A stretch of DNA of 64,000 nt from Blastocladiella emersonii ATCC 22665 (lineage: Eukaryota; Fungi; Blastocladiomycota): contig JANHCV010000010.1 in the NCBI GenBank assembly GCA_025594325.1, positions 186,001 to 250,000 on the forward strand, written 5' to 3'. The position numbers were made by a program, and so were the translations under genes. Below the pieces are notes generated by a model that saw only the letters and a program-made list of their open reading frames with translations, was not told the origin of the DNA and searched no databases. Positions 63,683 through 64,000 of this stretch are shown here, in pieces; positions within the stretch are counted from its first letter, which is position 1, and each line of letters begins with the position of its first letter.

Positions 63683-64000
63683 TGGGAGAATCACACAGGT
63701 AGGATGAGGATGTGGCGAGCGCGAGCTGGGTGACAGACAGGGGGTTTGTCGACACTCGCAGCAAGAGGTGGACAAAGGTCGGCCGCGTACGCGTTCCCAC
63801 GGCGCGACGAGCGCGCGAGCGGGCAGGAACGCGTCCACCCAACGCGCCGACGCAGCGACAGCGAAGGGTGCGCGTGCGCCTCGATTCTGCGTGCCACGGG
63901 AGCGACGGCAGGCACGAGGGCGCAGTGCGGCGGCGAGGATCGAGAGGTCGCGGCGCGGGCGAAGCGAGATCGTACGTACATCGAGCCGCTGCTTTCCAGG

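Larger units (their letters stand above)
56036..64000 (-). mobile_element. Ty1/copia LTR retrotransposon, defective; 5' LTR not in window
   Basis: Minus-strand order gag - protease (VGDSGAS) - integrase remnant (HLRFGH; KTPFEMLHGRVP) - RVT_2 RT (FKARLVAQG, LNKSLYGLK, YVDDLL) - RNase H (YADADYAG, ESELNAA, EDNE). Integrase before RT is the copia order. Confidence 0.95.

Noticed and set aside
62388-63842. Long ORFs (484, 422 and 392 aa) across the 108-bp array
   Set aside because: Openness follows from a stop-poor unit whose length is a multiple of 3; no independent coding evidence, so not called as CDS.

Overview
GC-rich eukaryotic DNA from an intron-containing fungus. It has an IPC synthase (AUR1), short GT-AG introns mostly 55-80 nt, and a retained site-2 protease and UBLCP1, which is most consistent with an early-diverging, probably zoosporic (Blastocladiomycota-like) lineage; the taxon is my inference. 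The window has three parts. (1) About 1-10 kb: an accessory block of ankyrin-like/RNI-LRR paralogs, decayed ankyrin genes and an NmrA-like reductase. (2) About 10-47 kb: a dense core block with UBLCP1, URA5, DNAJB12-like, MBTPS2, SRP72, AUR1, a 1234-aa 2H-EEP-nucleotidyltransferase-MJ1316 RNA-end enzyme plus a tandem 2H-only paralog, VAC14, RPS30, an LYR protein, RABL3, RPL20, GatB, two tandem 7TM GPCR-like paralogs and a PPR gene. (3) About 47-64 kb: a second accessory block with a segmental duplication of an F-box-like/Cys-rich gene (one copy split by a 2.4-kb TIR element with a GC target duplication), more LRR genes, and a defective Ty1/copia retrotransposon. The retrotransposon carries a canonical -1 frameshift signal and a 10 x 108-bp array in its 5' leader. 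The most striking unexplained signals are the four collinear sequence blocks shared by the long first introns of two ribosomal-protein genes, the GPCR-like pair, the RNA-repair polyprotein, and the -1 frameshift in a copia element. All gene models and counts were read by hand.
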